From: Octopus sinensis
Taxonomy: Eukaryota
Length of the DNA stretch: 64,000 nt
Reading direction: 5' to 3'
NCBI RefSeq assembly: GCF_006345805.1
Contig: NC_042999.1
Span: 147,808,001-147,872,000, forward strand
Positions 1-14,439 of the stretch are shown here, piece after piece; position 1 is the first letter of the stretch, and each line of letters opens with the position of its first letter. The position numbers were made by a program, and so were the translations under genes. Under the pieces are notes generated by a model that made no database searches, had not been told where the DNA came from, and worked only from the letters and a program-made list of their open reading frames with translations.

Positions 1-2374
1 CACTAAATTAACCTGAGTGTTGATATATGCAGCTAAACAGTTTGCAAGACCAGAATACATTGTAGGAAGTATAGAAGATGCACATGAAGGGGGCAGAACA
101 TTTATGAGCGGGAGTATATTATTGTTAGCGATATTTTTTCAATCAGGTTTCGAATTTCGGAAGACCAATAATTTAGAATTAAAAATTCAGAGAGGCTACT
201 ACTTAGAAAATTTCCCGAAGATAAATATTTCACTTCCTTTGAGAGAGAAGTAGCAAATATCTCCTGAATATCTCTAGAATTCAAGGATTGAGAGTTACTG
301 ACGGGACATTTTGAGTACCCTTTTGATTGGAAATTTTAGAGAAATGCGGACGTGAGTTGTGAGTTTGTGTGATGTTGAACCCTGACGAGTGAAGAATAAA
401 AGCTTTTAAGCACTGTGGAAGTGGACATGAAAATGTAAAATCGTTTCCCATAGGAGTTTTACTTTCAGGGCCATCTCAGATAAGAAATGGTGAGCATGAA
501 GATTCCGCAGAACTGATAGAGATCTAATTCTTAGTAGTTCTGAAGGACAAGCTGAAATTTAGGAAGCAAGGACGTTTTTAGAATGTCGTATATATGCCCA
601 TTCAATGAAAAATATCTACAAAAAATATTGGGATTGATTCATCAACTATACTCCAACGTATAAGAATTGAACTGATGAATTAATGAAAACAAATCGATAT
701 TATTACAAGCAAGTTTATCAGCACAGAATCAGAGATAAAATAAGCTCTCATCGATCTGAGAAAACAAAGTGAATTACAACCTTGACTGATGTTCTTTCCA
801 ATCTTTTTATTTAAACAGACAAAGATGGGAACGTCTAGCTTTCCATTCGTTTATGTCGTAAAATTCGGGGTTGTGTTCATCATCAATAAAATCTATTAAT
901 GTAAATATGACAGACACATGAACATTGTATTAATTTCTTACCTCTTTGTTTCTGCATCAGTTATGGACATTTCATTTAATATAAGAAATGAAAAAAAGGA
1001 AAAATTGGTTTTCCAGAAAATTGTTAGTGTGAAACAGTCAATAATTGACTAATAGGTATTAGGAGGACAAGTGTGATTTACTGCAGTAAATCGAAACCGA
1101 ATTATAGATAATTCTTCGATTCCAATTTTACTTTCCAGCTGTTGAAAATACCTAGGTCTAATTTGTTATGATTTTATTTAACGGCTGTTTTCAGCGGTAT
1201 TACGAATAAAGTGATCAAAATTTCATTGGATTGGGATGTTAAATATTTCCATCTGGTTTAGATAATTACGAGATTCTGGTATTTATTCCAAGGCAATTTC
1301 TGATTCTCTTCCAGAAGCCGGATATAAGAATCTTGTGTGTCTCGTGGAGTATAGCCAATTTCGTCGCGGCGAGCGAAGCATTTATTTACTAAACGATGTA
1401 CAAGAATAAGACAAGTAAATATGAACATCTAATTGTTTATTGACAAGGTCATAGTTTCTTATACAAGCGATGTTGGGAATTTTATTACCCTCACAACATG
1501 GTTAGTACTTTTATTGGCCCGTCAAAGAGGAGGCAGTAAGTGGCGGCTTCGGTAGAATATATTACCAAATCATAATCAAAGTAATTAAATAGCACATCAA
1601 CAAATCATTTCGGATTCTGTCAATCCTACAACCAGCTTGATGATCAGGAACGTGTAATTCCAATAATAGATATGACATACCAGCTGCAGTATCCATCAAC
1701 GACTCTCATCTCTCGACATTGAGTAGTGTTTAGGACTTGTTCCACATATATTTATATGTCTATGTACATCCGTACATTATTCATATACATGTATATCTGC
1801 ATGTTCCTGAAGGCGCTTGCGCGTGCGTGTGTGTATGAATTGTATGTGTGTATGTATGTTCTCTTAAGTTTTGAATTACTTGAAGTTTTCTCGTCAGGAA
1901 GGAGCTATGTGTGTATATTACTTAAAACCTTTATTCCAAGAAAAATAAAGAGACTCTGTACTGATTGGATCACAGAACCATCACATGACAATTATGCGTT
2001 AATGTACGTAGCGTATATAGGTTCTGTCAAAATGCTTAGGTATTTCAACCACGCTTCGCGGTTCGCTCCTTCAGCAGTTCCTTTATAGGATCCAGTAGTT
2101 AAGCACATCATCAGGTGGAACCACGTCCGGTTTCGACTCCTATTGCTCTACTGTTTTCCACGTAACGGAGCCCCCACTTTCGGAGGTGTCTTCAGCTCTG
2201 GAGTTGAGTGCGTTTTTATTTTTTTCTTTGGCTTTTTCTTGTTTGGTTTCTTCGATGCAGCGTCAGTGAACGTCAGCGGGCGAATGACCAGCCTGGCAAA
2301 TTGCCCTCTAAATACTCGCCGGTAAGCTAACTGTCACGCGACACAATCGAAGCTTCAACTGACGAATGGAGGAA

Positions 2375-3190
2375 AAGGGCACGTAGTTTTGGCCCGCGCT
2401 CTCTCTAGACCTACCTTCCAACAGAGTCGTGTTAGTTTCAACTCCAGCTGCCAGAGTCGACTAGTTGCCTTATGGTTCAAGCGTTCGAACTATCGGGCGG
2501 GGGGCGCAATGAACGAGATGGTTACCTCGGTCCCAATCAAGCAGCAACGCTGTTTAAGTGCCAGCAAGCGTCACTAGCTATGCTACTTTCCAGTCGGCAT
2601 ATTATGGCTTTCGAGCCATTTCGGGTTGTCTGCTTTCAGCCATATATAGAAGCTGGCTTTGCCAACCGCCTGTATCCTCATTACTTTTCTCAGCTCTGAT
2701 TTCGAAAATGCAAATAACGTCTTCTAAATAACGTTACTATTTTCTTTTCAATAGAGCCTCGAGCCCTCACTGCCAGGCAGTAATACTCGACAGCCAACCC
2801 CTTTTCTCCGCACTCTTCGATTAATCTCTCACACCTCCTCTCCTTTCGTTGCTCTGCATTAGCGATGATTTCTTCCCATGGCACTGTCAGCTCTAGCAAA
2901 ATTCAAATCTTTCCTTCTGTGTTCCATAGGATTAAGACCGGTCCTTTCGTTGTTTTTATGAGTGGAAATATTAAGTCTTTCCGAGGCCGCATCCAGCTTG
3001 CAGTATCCCCTCCATATTTCTTGTCTCGTATATTTTTTTGAAAGCCTGGTTTTAATGACGCATTCTTTTCTCCTTTTAAATATAATGCAAGAAGTGGGTG
3101 ACATTTCAAACGACTCAATACAATATCATTTTGCCAGGAGTCTAGCTCCAAACAACAGTTCTTGCGAAAGATCGAAAACATTATATGAAT
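2375..3190 (-). mobile_element. HERO-clade (R2-like, restriction-like endonuclease) non-LTR retrotransposon, 3' fragment, degenerate
   Basis: Minus-strand frames join across frameshifts to ...DSWQNDIVL...WMRPRKDLIFPLIKTTKGPVLILWNTEGKI*ILLELTVPWEEIIANAEQRKERRCERLIEECGEKG...VRARG...KASFYIWLK. This matches the RLE-domain pattern (RH-D, PD, ELTVPWEE, VGxRG, FWIWL) typical of HERO elements. Confidence 0.75.
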
Positions 3191-3950
3191 TAAAAAGAAA
3201 ATTTGAGTTTATATCTATATATATATGTGTGTGTGTAGGGGTTTTTGTATGTGTGTGCGTCTTTTTGTAAGTGTGTATCTATGTGTATATATATATAATG
3301 TGTATTGCGCGTGTGTGTTCGTTTTCATCCTTTAATAATGAACAAAATATAAACAATTAAAATCAACTCAAAATAAAGAGATTAATGATTTTGTACATCG
3401 CTTATATTTTATTGATCCATAACATTATGCTTTCTTGTTTGGCTTTTATTTTTCTTGCTAAGTTTGTTGATATTGTTGCTGTTGTTGTCGTCGTTGTCAT
3501 TGTTGTTGTTGTTTTTGGTTTTGTTTTCACCAGAGGATAACTAGTTTCTTAATTGGCTTCATAGTTTTGAAAGTGAAATAGATACATTTGTGTTCGAAGA
3601 GATCATACAAACACAGAACATTGAAAACAAAACATTACCTCCTGAATTCATTGTTCGACGTAATTATGTCTCTGTTTTGCCTTAAGTTATACACACACAC
3701 ACATATGTATATGCATTCATGTATGTGTGTGTGAGGGTATGTATACAAATTATACCCGCCATGAAATTAATATCTAACGACTTAATTAACAATCGTACAT
3801 TGGGATATTGTAAATGCATACATATGCACGCATACACATGATTATGCGTTTGTGTAAATGTATACACGCATGCATCTAACTGTGTATATAATGTATATGC
3901 ACACACATCTCTGACCCGCTTCCTCTTTCTTTGTGTGTATATATATATAT

Positions 3951-4010
<60 letters not shown>

Positions 4011-5670
4011 TATATATAAAACTGAAATGCATTTTTACCGCTTGGATCGCTTTCAATGCCACTACGTCCCGTCCGATTAGCTCCAAAATTTACAGGGACA
4101 TGTAGAATGAGGTGACGATGCCAGTGGGCTACCTTAGAAATCCCTATCTTAAAAGGTGTGGTTGCTAGGGGCCATCTTCCTCACTCACGCTATTTCCTAC
4201 ATTACCCTCTCACTCCCCTTCAATTAGTCCACTCCCGTTATTTAATGTAAGAACATTTTCACTCACTCTATCTATTAGCTTCCCATAACTTTTACTCATG
4301 TATCTCTATACAGAGAAACAAATATTCCATCGCCATCGCCACCGCATTCTATTGTCTACCTGTCAACGCGCCCTTCGACTAAATACAAACAGAACACACC
4401 AACGATCGTTTATATACATGTGTGTGTGTGTGTTCTATATATAAATATGTATATATAATGTATATATACAAAGTATATATATCTGTATTTATGTATATTA
4501 AACTTTTTAATACTTTTTGATAGTTACGTGAAGGGAACTGGTTGCTTCTTTACACTTTTTGGGTGCAACTTGGGTGCGAGACAGATAATTTTCGCTGTTA
4601 ATTACGTGACCAACAGGGGTCTAACAGGGGGAAATTATGCCTAAACATGAGCGCAGCGCATGTGAACATCCGAAGTGCTTTGAGTCGGGAGAAGAATTGA
4701 GCTGACGCAGACGTGTTGCAAAACAAGGGAGTACACGTGCAGAACAGGGGTGCATGAGTGCAATAGGGCTTGCTAGGCTGAAATACAGTGTACAGTATTG
4801 AATATCCCAGTGATTAATGCGGTAAGGCTGAGGCTGCCAATCAGTGCTTCAGCTATTATATGCCTCGGTCGTGCAGGAACAAAAGTGTGGCATGCTGGCG
4901 CGTTGTAAGGGACAAACAACTTTCTCTATGTATGCGTGACCGACCTAGGGTCTTATAGAGATGAGTTGTGTTTACAAGGGCACATTGAGCATGGAAAACA
5001 AGCGAGAAAGACATGTGTAGCGTATGAATGTGACAGAGATTGTATTTGTGAGTGTATTAACTATGTGTGTTCGTGTGTGCGACAGAAGTACAAACAAGGT
5101 GTATGCGGGCAAAACCAAATACAGCGCAGAGGAAAAGTCTCTCAGGGTATTTCAGACAAGATGGAGTTAATTTAACAGTTCGTAGTAAAGTACATAATAG
5201 CAGTTCGTTCTGTAACAGGATGTTCGGATCACAAGTGCAGATGCCGGTTGAACACATGTCGTGTAGTGGTTGTGGCTTCAATGCTGTACCAGGTTACATT
5301 GGTACAGAAGATCTCGCAGGTAGTGCTGTGCTGTTAACCTCGGTGAAAATCATAACAGCGTGAAAGCTATACCTGAATGAGTGCTATGTACATATTAGTG
5401 TTGCTGGAGATGAAGGCGACGGAGATGGAGACGACGTGAAGGTGAAGGACGACGATGGTGATGGCGACGGCAGAGAAAGGCGACGTTGAGATGAAGGCGT
5501 CGGTGGCGTTGCTGGTGTATGTTAGCATCGTCATTGGCTGGAGCAGGAACATGACTGGATGGTCTGGTCGTCTATCGCTGGAACTGGAACATGATTGAGT
5601 AAGCTCTGTGTGGATGAAGACTGCGGCGGATTGATTGGTTCAGACTAGGTAGAAACTAGACTTTAGCTAA

Positions 5671-5796
5671 GTGTTCTATGGTCTATGACCAGAGCTCGGG
5701 AAACTTGGTTGAGTGTTCTATGGTCTATGACCAAAGCTCGGGAAACTTGGTTGAGTGTTCTATGGTCTATGACCAGAACTCGGGACTTGGTTGAGT
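5671..5796. repeat. 42-bp tandem repeat, 3 copies
   Basis: Unit GTGTTCTATGGTCTATGACCAGAGCTCGGGAAACTTGGTTGA starts at 5671, 5713 and 5755; the third copy has a 2-bp deletion. Confidence 0.95.
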
Positions 5797-5929
5797 CCTC
5801 ATCTTATAAAATATGGCCCCAGTAGACCCAAATGAAATCGGGTTATATTAACCAAAATGTGAAAAGGGGTCTAAATGGGGCTGGAAGGGGATTAAAATTT
5901 AAAGGAGCGGGTGTTTAGCAATTCTCTGT

Positions 5930-6200
5930 TACATCAAGCTAAAAAATTTGCACCAGCCTTTTAATCGTCAATGTGTTGCCGTCCATGATGAAGAAGTTTT
6001 GAATGCTTGCCATCGTGAGTCTACTGTCGTGAGAAAGAATCAATTCAAAACTTGGTTTTTAGGGATTTTCTTTTACATCAAGTTCATAATTTTACGCCAG
6101 CCGTTGAACTGTCAATACGTTGCTGTCCGTCATTAAGAAATGCCAGCCATGGTGACTCTACTATCCTCAAATTCTATCCCTTCAAACTTTGGTTTCCAAT
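5930..6200. repeat. Diverged ~145-bp direct duplication
   Basis: ACATCAAG...CCAGCC...GTCAAT..GTTGC.GTCC...GCCAT.GTGA.TCTACT occurs at ~5931 and again at ~6076. Confidence 0.6.
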
Positions 6201-6483
6201 ATTTTATTATTTTTATTCAGCTCGCAAGTTCGTCTGTCCGTTTTAAATGTTAGTGTTTTGCTGTCTGCCTTGAAGCAAACCTTTCCGTTGTTACTGCCTG
6301 ATATTTATGATTGATCTTTCTAAATATTTTATTTCTCAACTTACTCAAGATCTTTTGTTGTTTACAAATGGGAGAGAGATAGATAAAGATAGAGAGTAAG
6401 AGAAAGCGAAGGAGAGTCCGAGAGAAAGGAAGAGTAAGAGAGTGGGAAAGTGAGAGAGAAAGGAGAGAGAAACAAAGAGGGAG

Positions 6484-6484
<1 letters not shown>

Positions 6485-6517
<33 letters not shown>

Positions 6518-6845
6518 GTTTAACGTCCGTTTTCTGTGCTAGCACGGGTTGGACAGTTTGACAGGGGTCTGGGAAGCCAGGAGGCTGCACCAGGCTCCAG
6601 TCTGATCTGGCAGTGTTTCTACAGGTGGATGCCCTTCCTAACGCCAACCACTCTGTGAGCGTAGTGGGTGCTTTTTCGTACCGCCGGCACAGGTGCCAGG
6701 GGGGCTGGCAGCGGCCACGATCGGTTGGTGCTTTTTACGTGCCACCAGCACAGAAGCCAGTCAAAGCGGCGCTGCAATCCGCCACGTTTGGATGGTGCTT
6801 TTTACGTGCTGAAAGGAAGCAACAGAAAGTAACAACCACACTCTT
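6485..6845 (-). mobile_element. SINE or RTE-type 3' end with (ATG)n tail
   Basis: The minus strand contains GGTTGGCGTTAGGAAGGGCATCCA and ends ...AACGGACGTTAAACG followed by an (ATG)n tail (the CAT run at 6485-6517). This layout is typical of RTE-partnered SINEs. Confidence 0.55.
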
Positions 6846-6876
6846 ACCTGCTCTACGCGCGGGTCACCTTCAGCTA

Positions 6877-6928
<52 letters not shown>

Positions 6929-6941
6929 TTGTATATATATA

Positions 6942-6980
<39 letters not shown>

Positions 6981-7424
6981 TCCTCTATTTTTTCTAGAAA
7001 ATATGAAATAATCTTAAATGTAACATTGAAATAACAAAATGTCCTGGTCGAAAATTGTTAACGTGTTTCATCACAAATTTCCTTTGCTACATTTCAGAAT
7101 TTTTATTTATTTTTCAGGGCGTGGTTGCATATTTTCTAACAGAAAATCCAACTTAATTATGATCATTTAAAAGACTTTCTCAACAAATCTTCCGAATGTT
7201 TTATAACACCACCACAATACTATTTACATATTTTAATATACATGTCTCCTGTAACGAAGCTTACTTAAATTTATAATATAACTACAACACCATATATTTC
7301 ATATATGAAATTTTCCTGTCTTGTCGTTAAAAGCATGAAACAGATAGAAATAAACAATCAACAACTAAGAAGTCAGACTTCTTTTGGTATTTTGCCCCGT
7401 ACTTGTCATCCAATTATAATCATG

Positions 7425-8132
<708 letters not shown>

Positions 8133-8175
8133 GCAGTTGTTGTTATTATTATTATCATTATTATTATTATTATTA

Positions 8176-8214
<39 letters not shown>

Positions 8215-8689
8215 GTTTAATTACCATTATTATTATTATAACAATCATATTAAATGAATGAATAAATAAAATATGAGTTTCAAAATAATAAAATTTGAAA
8301 CTGAAAGAAGAATTCAACACAGTTGTATCCAGTGTTAGAATTATATCTCTTACCTGGGTACTATGCAGAATGTCAAAACAATGTTTGGCAACGATTGTAT
8401 TATTTCAATTTTTATTATATCATGTGTTTTTATATTATTTTCTAATATAAGACGACGAATGTCATCCAAATCAATAACCTCCACATTGTACGCGTTCTAA
8501 TGGGAAGAACAGAATATTTGATATTGTGAACTTTTGGTGAACTTTGACTCATTGTGCTAACCTCTCCGACTGACGTTAGAAGAAATTCAGAGAGATTATT
8601 AAATATGTCGCGTTTGCTTTTGTTTCCGTCACTACTATTATACCTGCTGCTATTGTTATCACGACGCTTTTTCGTCTTTCTCTTCATAG

Positions 8690-8751
8690 ATTTATCGCAG
8701 CATGTAATAGAAACATTTGGCAATTATAAGCACATTATCTCTTCTAAATAC
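8690..8751 (+). CDS. Weak candidate internal exon (62 bp, DLSQHVIETFGNYKHIISSKY)
   Basis: Strong polypyrimidine acceptor (CTTTTTCGTCTTTCTCTTCATAG) and GTCAGT donor. Only one frame is open and no homology is recognised. Confidence 0.2.
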
Positions 8752-9793
8752 GTCAGTCATTTTCTACATATATGTTTCTTAGCCGGAAGGATGAGTTAGT
8801 GCCGCTAACGATATCGTTCTGAGTTCCAATCTCAGCATAGTCTCATTTTTTTTTCGCTCGTATGATGATTCCTTATTTAACTGCAGATCGTCTTAGAATC
8901 TAACAAATCTATAATAAAAGACATTTTAACAGGGTCTCACACTTAATTGTTTTGAATTAATAGGCTATAGTATCAATTTCACATGTTTTAAGTTTAATTT
9001 TCGTTCTTTCGTACATATTTTAAACATTAGTGGGAAATTATTAACGAATTGTAATGTGTGTGCCCGTACATACGCATGTGTGAACTCAAAATTAAAACAT
9101 TAACGAAATATTAATTTTCATAAGAAACAGTTAAAAGTTCTACAAAAAGTGTCTCCTTTGGTTTTCAATGATAGTCACACTAAATCAAGTAGAGTGTCGG
9201 CATATCTGCAGAAAATTTCCACAAATATGAAACATATATGATGTCAAAGGCCACAAAAATATGTTGTTTCTTAACATATAATTGTATAAAGGACACTTCT
9301 GTCACCATCATGACATTTGAAGCTGGTTAGGTTGAAAATAGTGAAAATTGCATGAGGTTGATACTTTTTATTTACTGAAGATATTTAAATCATGACTTTT
9401 CTTTTCACTTTTGTACTTGCTTTAACTTTAAATGACATTGAAGAAACTGTTTTCAAAGCTATGTCAAGTTCTACACATGGGTTTGCATTTGATGAAGTAA
9501 AATCTATGCTTAGTGATGGGGACAATGCCAAAACATTTGAGTTCGTGAAAAGTTTTGATGTGGTAGAGAAAAATGGATTTTGTTTTTAAAAACAGTACCC
9601 AACAATTAGTAGGAAATATGTCTCCAGCATCAGATAACAAAAACCAGTGTTCCCACTGTAATTGATTGATTGCGAGCCTGTATGCGCTTATGTTAATGAA
9701 GTTATGTTATTGTAAACATGTGTGTGCATGCTTATGTGTGTGTGTGTGCGTGTGCGTGCGTGTGCGTGTGTGTGTGTGTGCGTGCGTGTGTGT

Positions 9794-9832
<39 letters not shown>

Positions 9833-10425
9833 TGTGTGTGTGTGTTTGTGTGAAATCGTGCGTGTCTGCTCGAATGAGCTTTAATAAACTAAGAATTTTA
9901 AAATTTGATAGATTGTAAATTGCAGGCTGGAATATTCACGGTTGATTATTCATATTCATTTGATTTTTCGCATATCATCCGTAATATCATTACGTACGGT
10001 ATGCGTTTGACCTCATGTCCTCTTCATATTGTTTTACGTCATGCAATGTATTCTTATAAAAATAAACAATTAAAATGTAAATACAGCTATAGAAACCGTA
10101 AAATATTGTATTGATTTATAAAAATTATAAACGTTATACAAGTATTATAGGATATCGCTGCAGTATAATGGGCTTATGTGGTTGTTCTGCTTTATACTGA
10201 TACATATCATAGAGTGATATGAGGGCAGCAATTACATTCTAAGCCTCGAATGATATGAGAATATTTAGATTCTATTTAAATTGTGCTATCGAATGAGATT
10301 AATATTTAAGAGTTCTAATGAAGACGTTGATGAAACTGAATTATATTCTAGACGCATGAAATTGTTTTTGCGTGTTTATTGATAGTGTTAATTAGTAGTT
10401 TGGGTTATCCGAATAGTGGGTTATA

Positions 10426-11680
10426 TTAGGTTGTTCCGAAAATAATGGCCGATTTCAGAAACATAATTTTATTCTGGAAAAATTAACAATAGAAATGTTT
10501 TGATTAGTCAAAGTATGAGACGCGAACATCTGTGCATCTCTGCCATCGATCAATGAGATTATTTATGCCTCGTTGATTAAATATCATTGGCTTTGATGCT
10601 AAGAAATCTTAGAAAGCTGATTCCACGTCTGGTTTGGATCTGACAGTTTTATCACTTAAAACTATGTTTAAATGTTTTAAAAAATGGTAGTCACTGGGTA
10701 AATGATCAAGGAAGTATGGAGGATGTCGTAAAGTCTAGCATGCCACGGTTGTGAGTTTCTGCAGCGTCATTCTTGCAACATGTGGCTTAGCATTATTGGA
10801 CCACGCTGATTCACCAATGCAGGTCTCATGTTTTGCAAGTGAGCATGTATTTCAGCAAGTTCATTACAGTAAACCTCTGCTGTAATGCTCTGATTGGTTT
10901 CCAGAAAGCTGTAATGGACAACACCAATTTCAGATCACCAGACAGTCACCATAGTCTTTTGCTGATGCTTTGGGGAATGTTTGGTGAACTCATCACGATC
11001 AAGTCATGAGAAGTGGATCCTTTATGATAACCGTAAACGATCACGTTTACGGTTATCATAAAGGATCCACTTCTCATCACAAGTGACTATTCGGTCAAGA
11101 AAGGGATCATTGATGTATCGCAGAAAGAGCATCGAGCACACTTCAACGCCGAACTTTTTGATTTTCACTGAGTTCATGCGGTACCCATTTATCAAGCTTT
11201 TTAACCTTACCAATCTTCTGCAGATTGTATGAGACCGTTGCAATACCGACATTAGGTACTTGAGACATTTCTCTGACACTTTGACGTGGGTTTTTTCAAC
11301 AATTGCTTTCAATTGTTCATTGTCAAGACTGCGGACTGTCTTCCATCTTCAAGGCTCTCATCACCACGACGGATTTTCTGAAACTACTTTCTCCCTCTCC
11401 TTGTGCTCTGTTGATATTGGCAGCAATTATGGAGGCATTGTTCCCAAACTTAAAGTCATGCAAGAAAAGTAAGCGAAGGTCCTTTTTTGTCAGGTTCATA
11501 TTTAGGGGCGCCTATGCCTCAATAATGTTTTCTATCCGAAATAAGTAGAGAATTATTAAAGAGCATACATCAATAATTAAGTATGTCGAAATTCACCTAA
11601 AATATAATTAAAAATACTATGATAAAAATACATTTCAAAACACAGCACTTAGACCAGCCATTATTTTCGGAACAACCTAA
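10426..11680 (-). mobile_element. Full-length (1255 bp) mariner transposon, transposase pseudogene
   Basis: TIR TTAGGTTGTTCCGAAAATAATGGC at 10426 and its reverse complement ending at 11680; TA at the left flank. Minus-strand fragments include DPFLDRIVTCDEKWILYDNRKR and AKPHVARMTLQ, plus a degenerate YSPDL-type region. Many stops and frameshifts. Confidence 0.92.
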
Positions 11681-12791
11681 TTAGATGGCGCATTATACTT
11701 TACTTTCTATGCTTTAATCATAGAGGGTAATTCAACGGAGTTAATTTAATAATGTCAAGTATTGTTTATAATTTATACTAAAAATCAGGTGTCGTGGAAA
11801 CAAGATTTTAGCAGATCGCTATCACTATTCAGACCATTTATAGTTTGGAAAATTATGATAACGTTGTCTGCTACACAAATCTAGCACTAACGGTTTGTTG
11901 TTGTGTTATCTGTATCTAAAGGTGTAGGCCAAATATGCGCCTGTAAATATTTATCATTCTGACATTTTCCTGAAATGTGTACGGCCGGAATATATATATG
12001 AACACTTGACAGGGCTTTCCGACTTTGCAATTAATCATCACCCCCACTTTAGTTTTACTTCCAAGCGACAGTGAACACATCATTGTACAAAAATATCCTC
12101 TTCATACACTCCTCGGTGATTACAAGAAAAATAATTTTTCCTTTTTCTGTTCAACTTATTTATCTGCATTTTATACACACAGTTTATTTTATGTTTCAGT
12201 AGCAACTACCCGATATATTCAGAACAACAGACTTTAGTACAGCTCCTATTGAATTTGATGATCGGAAATTTAAAATTCCAATAATCTGGATATGGAGTAT
12301 TAAATATTACAATAAAAACTAGTTTTCGCCATTTGCTATTGAAAGCTGTTTCACCAGGTTTTTTTGTCTCTATTTAAATAATATATACCAGCACACACAG
12401 ACACATACACAAACACGCATACACAAACACACACTCATACACACACGCGAACAGACACACACACAACTACTATATAAAATACACTTTGTGTGTGTATTCG
12501 CTTTTCACACAAGAACAGCTGCACGAATTGATTCCATATTTGGGGTGCTCGAATAATTTGACCTCGGATACGTAACAGGGTCTTCATTTATTTTTTATTA
12601 AAACTAAATAAAATAAATATTATTGCTTTATATACATATATATGATTCACTTCTTTAAAAAGGTTTTTCAATGTCAACTTCCGGTATTGATGCAGCAACA
12701 GAGTTTTCAATGATTAGTTCCGGTATTGACGTAGCAAGTACCGCTACCAAGACACGCACATGTATGTATAACCGCTTCTGTTTCATTTCAG

Positions 12792-12815
12792 AACCTGCAT
12801 TGTTGAGTATTAAAA
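12792..12815 (+). CDS. Candidate 24-bp symmetric (phase 1/1) microexon, (E)PALLSIK
   Basis: Acceptor CTTCTGTTTCATTTCAG and consensus donor GTAAGT flank exactly 24 nt that are open in phase 1. Confidence 0.4.
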
Positions 12816-12907
12816 GTAAGTATTACTTTCTGGGTAATACACTAATATTACACTACGAGCAAACAGTGGTATGTTAAAGCTATAAGTTTATAATCCGAGT
12901 GAAACTG

Positions 12908-13284
12908 AGTCCTTCTGCTACGACGATGACGGTTCCAGTTGATCCGATCAACGAAACAGCCCACGAGTGAAATTAACGTGCAAGTGGCTGAGCACTCCAC
13001 AGACACGAGTACTCTTAACGTAGTTCTCGGTGAGATTCAGCGTGACACAGTGTGTGACAAGACTGGCCCTTTGAAATACAGGTACTACAGAAACAGGAAG
13101 AAAGAGTGAGAGGACGTTGGGGTGAAAGAGTACAGTAGGGTTTGCCACCACCCCCTGCCGGAGCCTCGTGGAGCTATAGGTGTTTTAGCTCAATAAACAC
13201 TCACAACGCCTGGTCTGGGAACCGCAACCGCGATCCTACAACCGCAAGTCCGCTGTCCTAACCACTGGGCCATTGCACCTCCAC
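12908..13284 (-). mobile_element. tRNA-derived SINE (family also at 55449-55830 and, in body, 42040-42360)
   Basis: Minus-strand head GTGGAGGTGCAATGGCCCAGTGGTTAGGACAGCGG... carries an A-box; the body aligns by eye with the + copy at 55449. Confidence 0.85.
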
Positions 13285-14439
13285 TCTGCTTGTATACATC
13301 TAAACCATACGGTGTTGTTAGTATGTGTGTGTCTGGATGTGTTAGGATTGTGCACTTATGTAATTTGACGGACGAGTGCTTACGTGTTTCATTACTCCAT
13401 TGTGCTCCTAGTAAGCACTGTCCGACAGTAACTGTCAACATCGTGATTACTAATTTAAACATTTTTTCATGCATCGTATTTCTTGGGCGACATTATCAAA
13501 TAATTCTTTCTGCTATAAAATAATACTTTTATGATTCCATTCTGTGATTCCATTGACATTTTTACTATTATGATCATTTGCATAAAAATTCTGTAAAAGT
13601 TCTCATTGGCAGGTCATGAAGATGGTGCTGGATTAAATGGTTACTTGTTCATCAGATCAGATTGCTCAGACCTCAAATCAAAATATTTCCAGCTCATAGC
13701 CATCTAATTTCCTATTTCAGCATCTATTATATGATGTGTCCTTTTTATCTTAAATCAGATATATGTACGTTGACAGAAACTTTGCTGTTGTTTTTAGCAA
13801 ACTGAATGACCACGTACAAGTTCATTTGGTTTTTCATGTGTATGAGTGTTGATGTGTGTAGTGTGTTTATATGGTCAAGTAAGGGACGTGTGAATGGGAA
13901 GGAGTGGGGTGTATTCGCGTTGGAAAAAGTGTTAAATCTAAATATAGTTCACGCTTGTTTACGTTTAATCTTAATTTAAAGAAAATTGATTCTTGTTTTT
14001 CTGATATCTCGTTCATGTATATTTTTTGTATGATTTTTTTTTTATTATATTTCACTGTCATTTCCGAAATTGAATTCCAAAAGCAATAAATGAATTAATA
14101 AATAAAACGAAAACAACTTAATTTTTAATAATAGCAAAGAATTATAAAGATTAAGTATACAAGGAATAAAAAGCATCGCCTGAATGACAATCAAAGATTG
14201 AAAACAAACCACAAATAAATAAATAAATAAATAAAGATACGATTATAGAAAGATGTGTGATCAGTTCAGCTTGATCAAAATAGAAATAATTGTGAAAAAT
14301 GAAATTAAAACGCACAAAGTGAAATAAACGAAAATAAACTGGGCCAGCTTAACAAGAATTAACAAGAAGTTTCCTCCTGTGTACGAGAAAATAAACATAT
14401 ACAAATATCATATGGAAGTAATTGTAACGAATAATAATA

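Noticed and set aside
299-330. DGTF motif suggesting a MULE transposase
   Set aside because: It is immediately followed by stops and has no other MULE motifs in frame; a 4-residue match is expected by chance.
5671-5796. Possible CRISPR-like array
   Set aside because: The units are directly adjacent with no unique spacers, there are no cas genes, and the context is eukaryotic.
8442-8799. Signal-peptide-like ORFs on both strands (MSRLLLFPSLLL..., MWRLLIWMTFVVLY)
   Set aside because: The hydrophobicity is explained by a pyrimidine-rich acceptor tract or ends in a stop; no mature domain follows.
9392-9589. 65-aa ORF with protein-like composition
   Set aside because: No splice acceptor in a suitable position and no recognisable motif; left unassigned.
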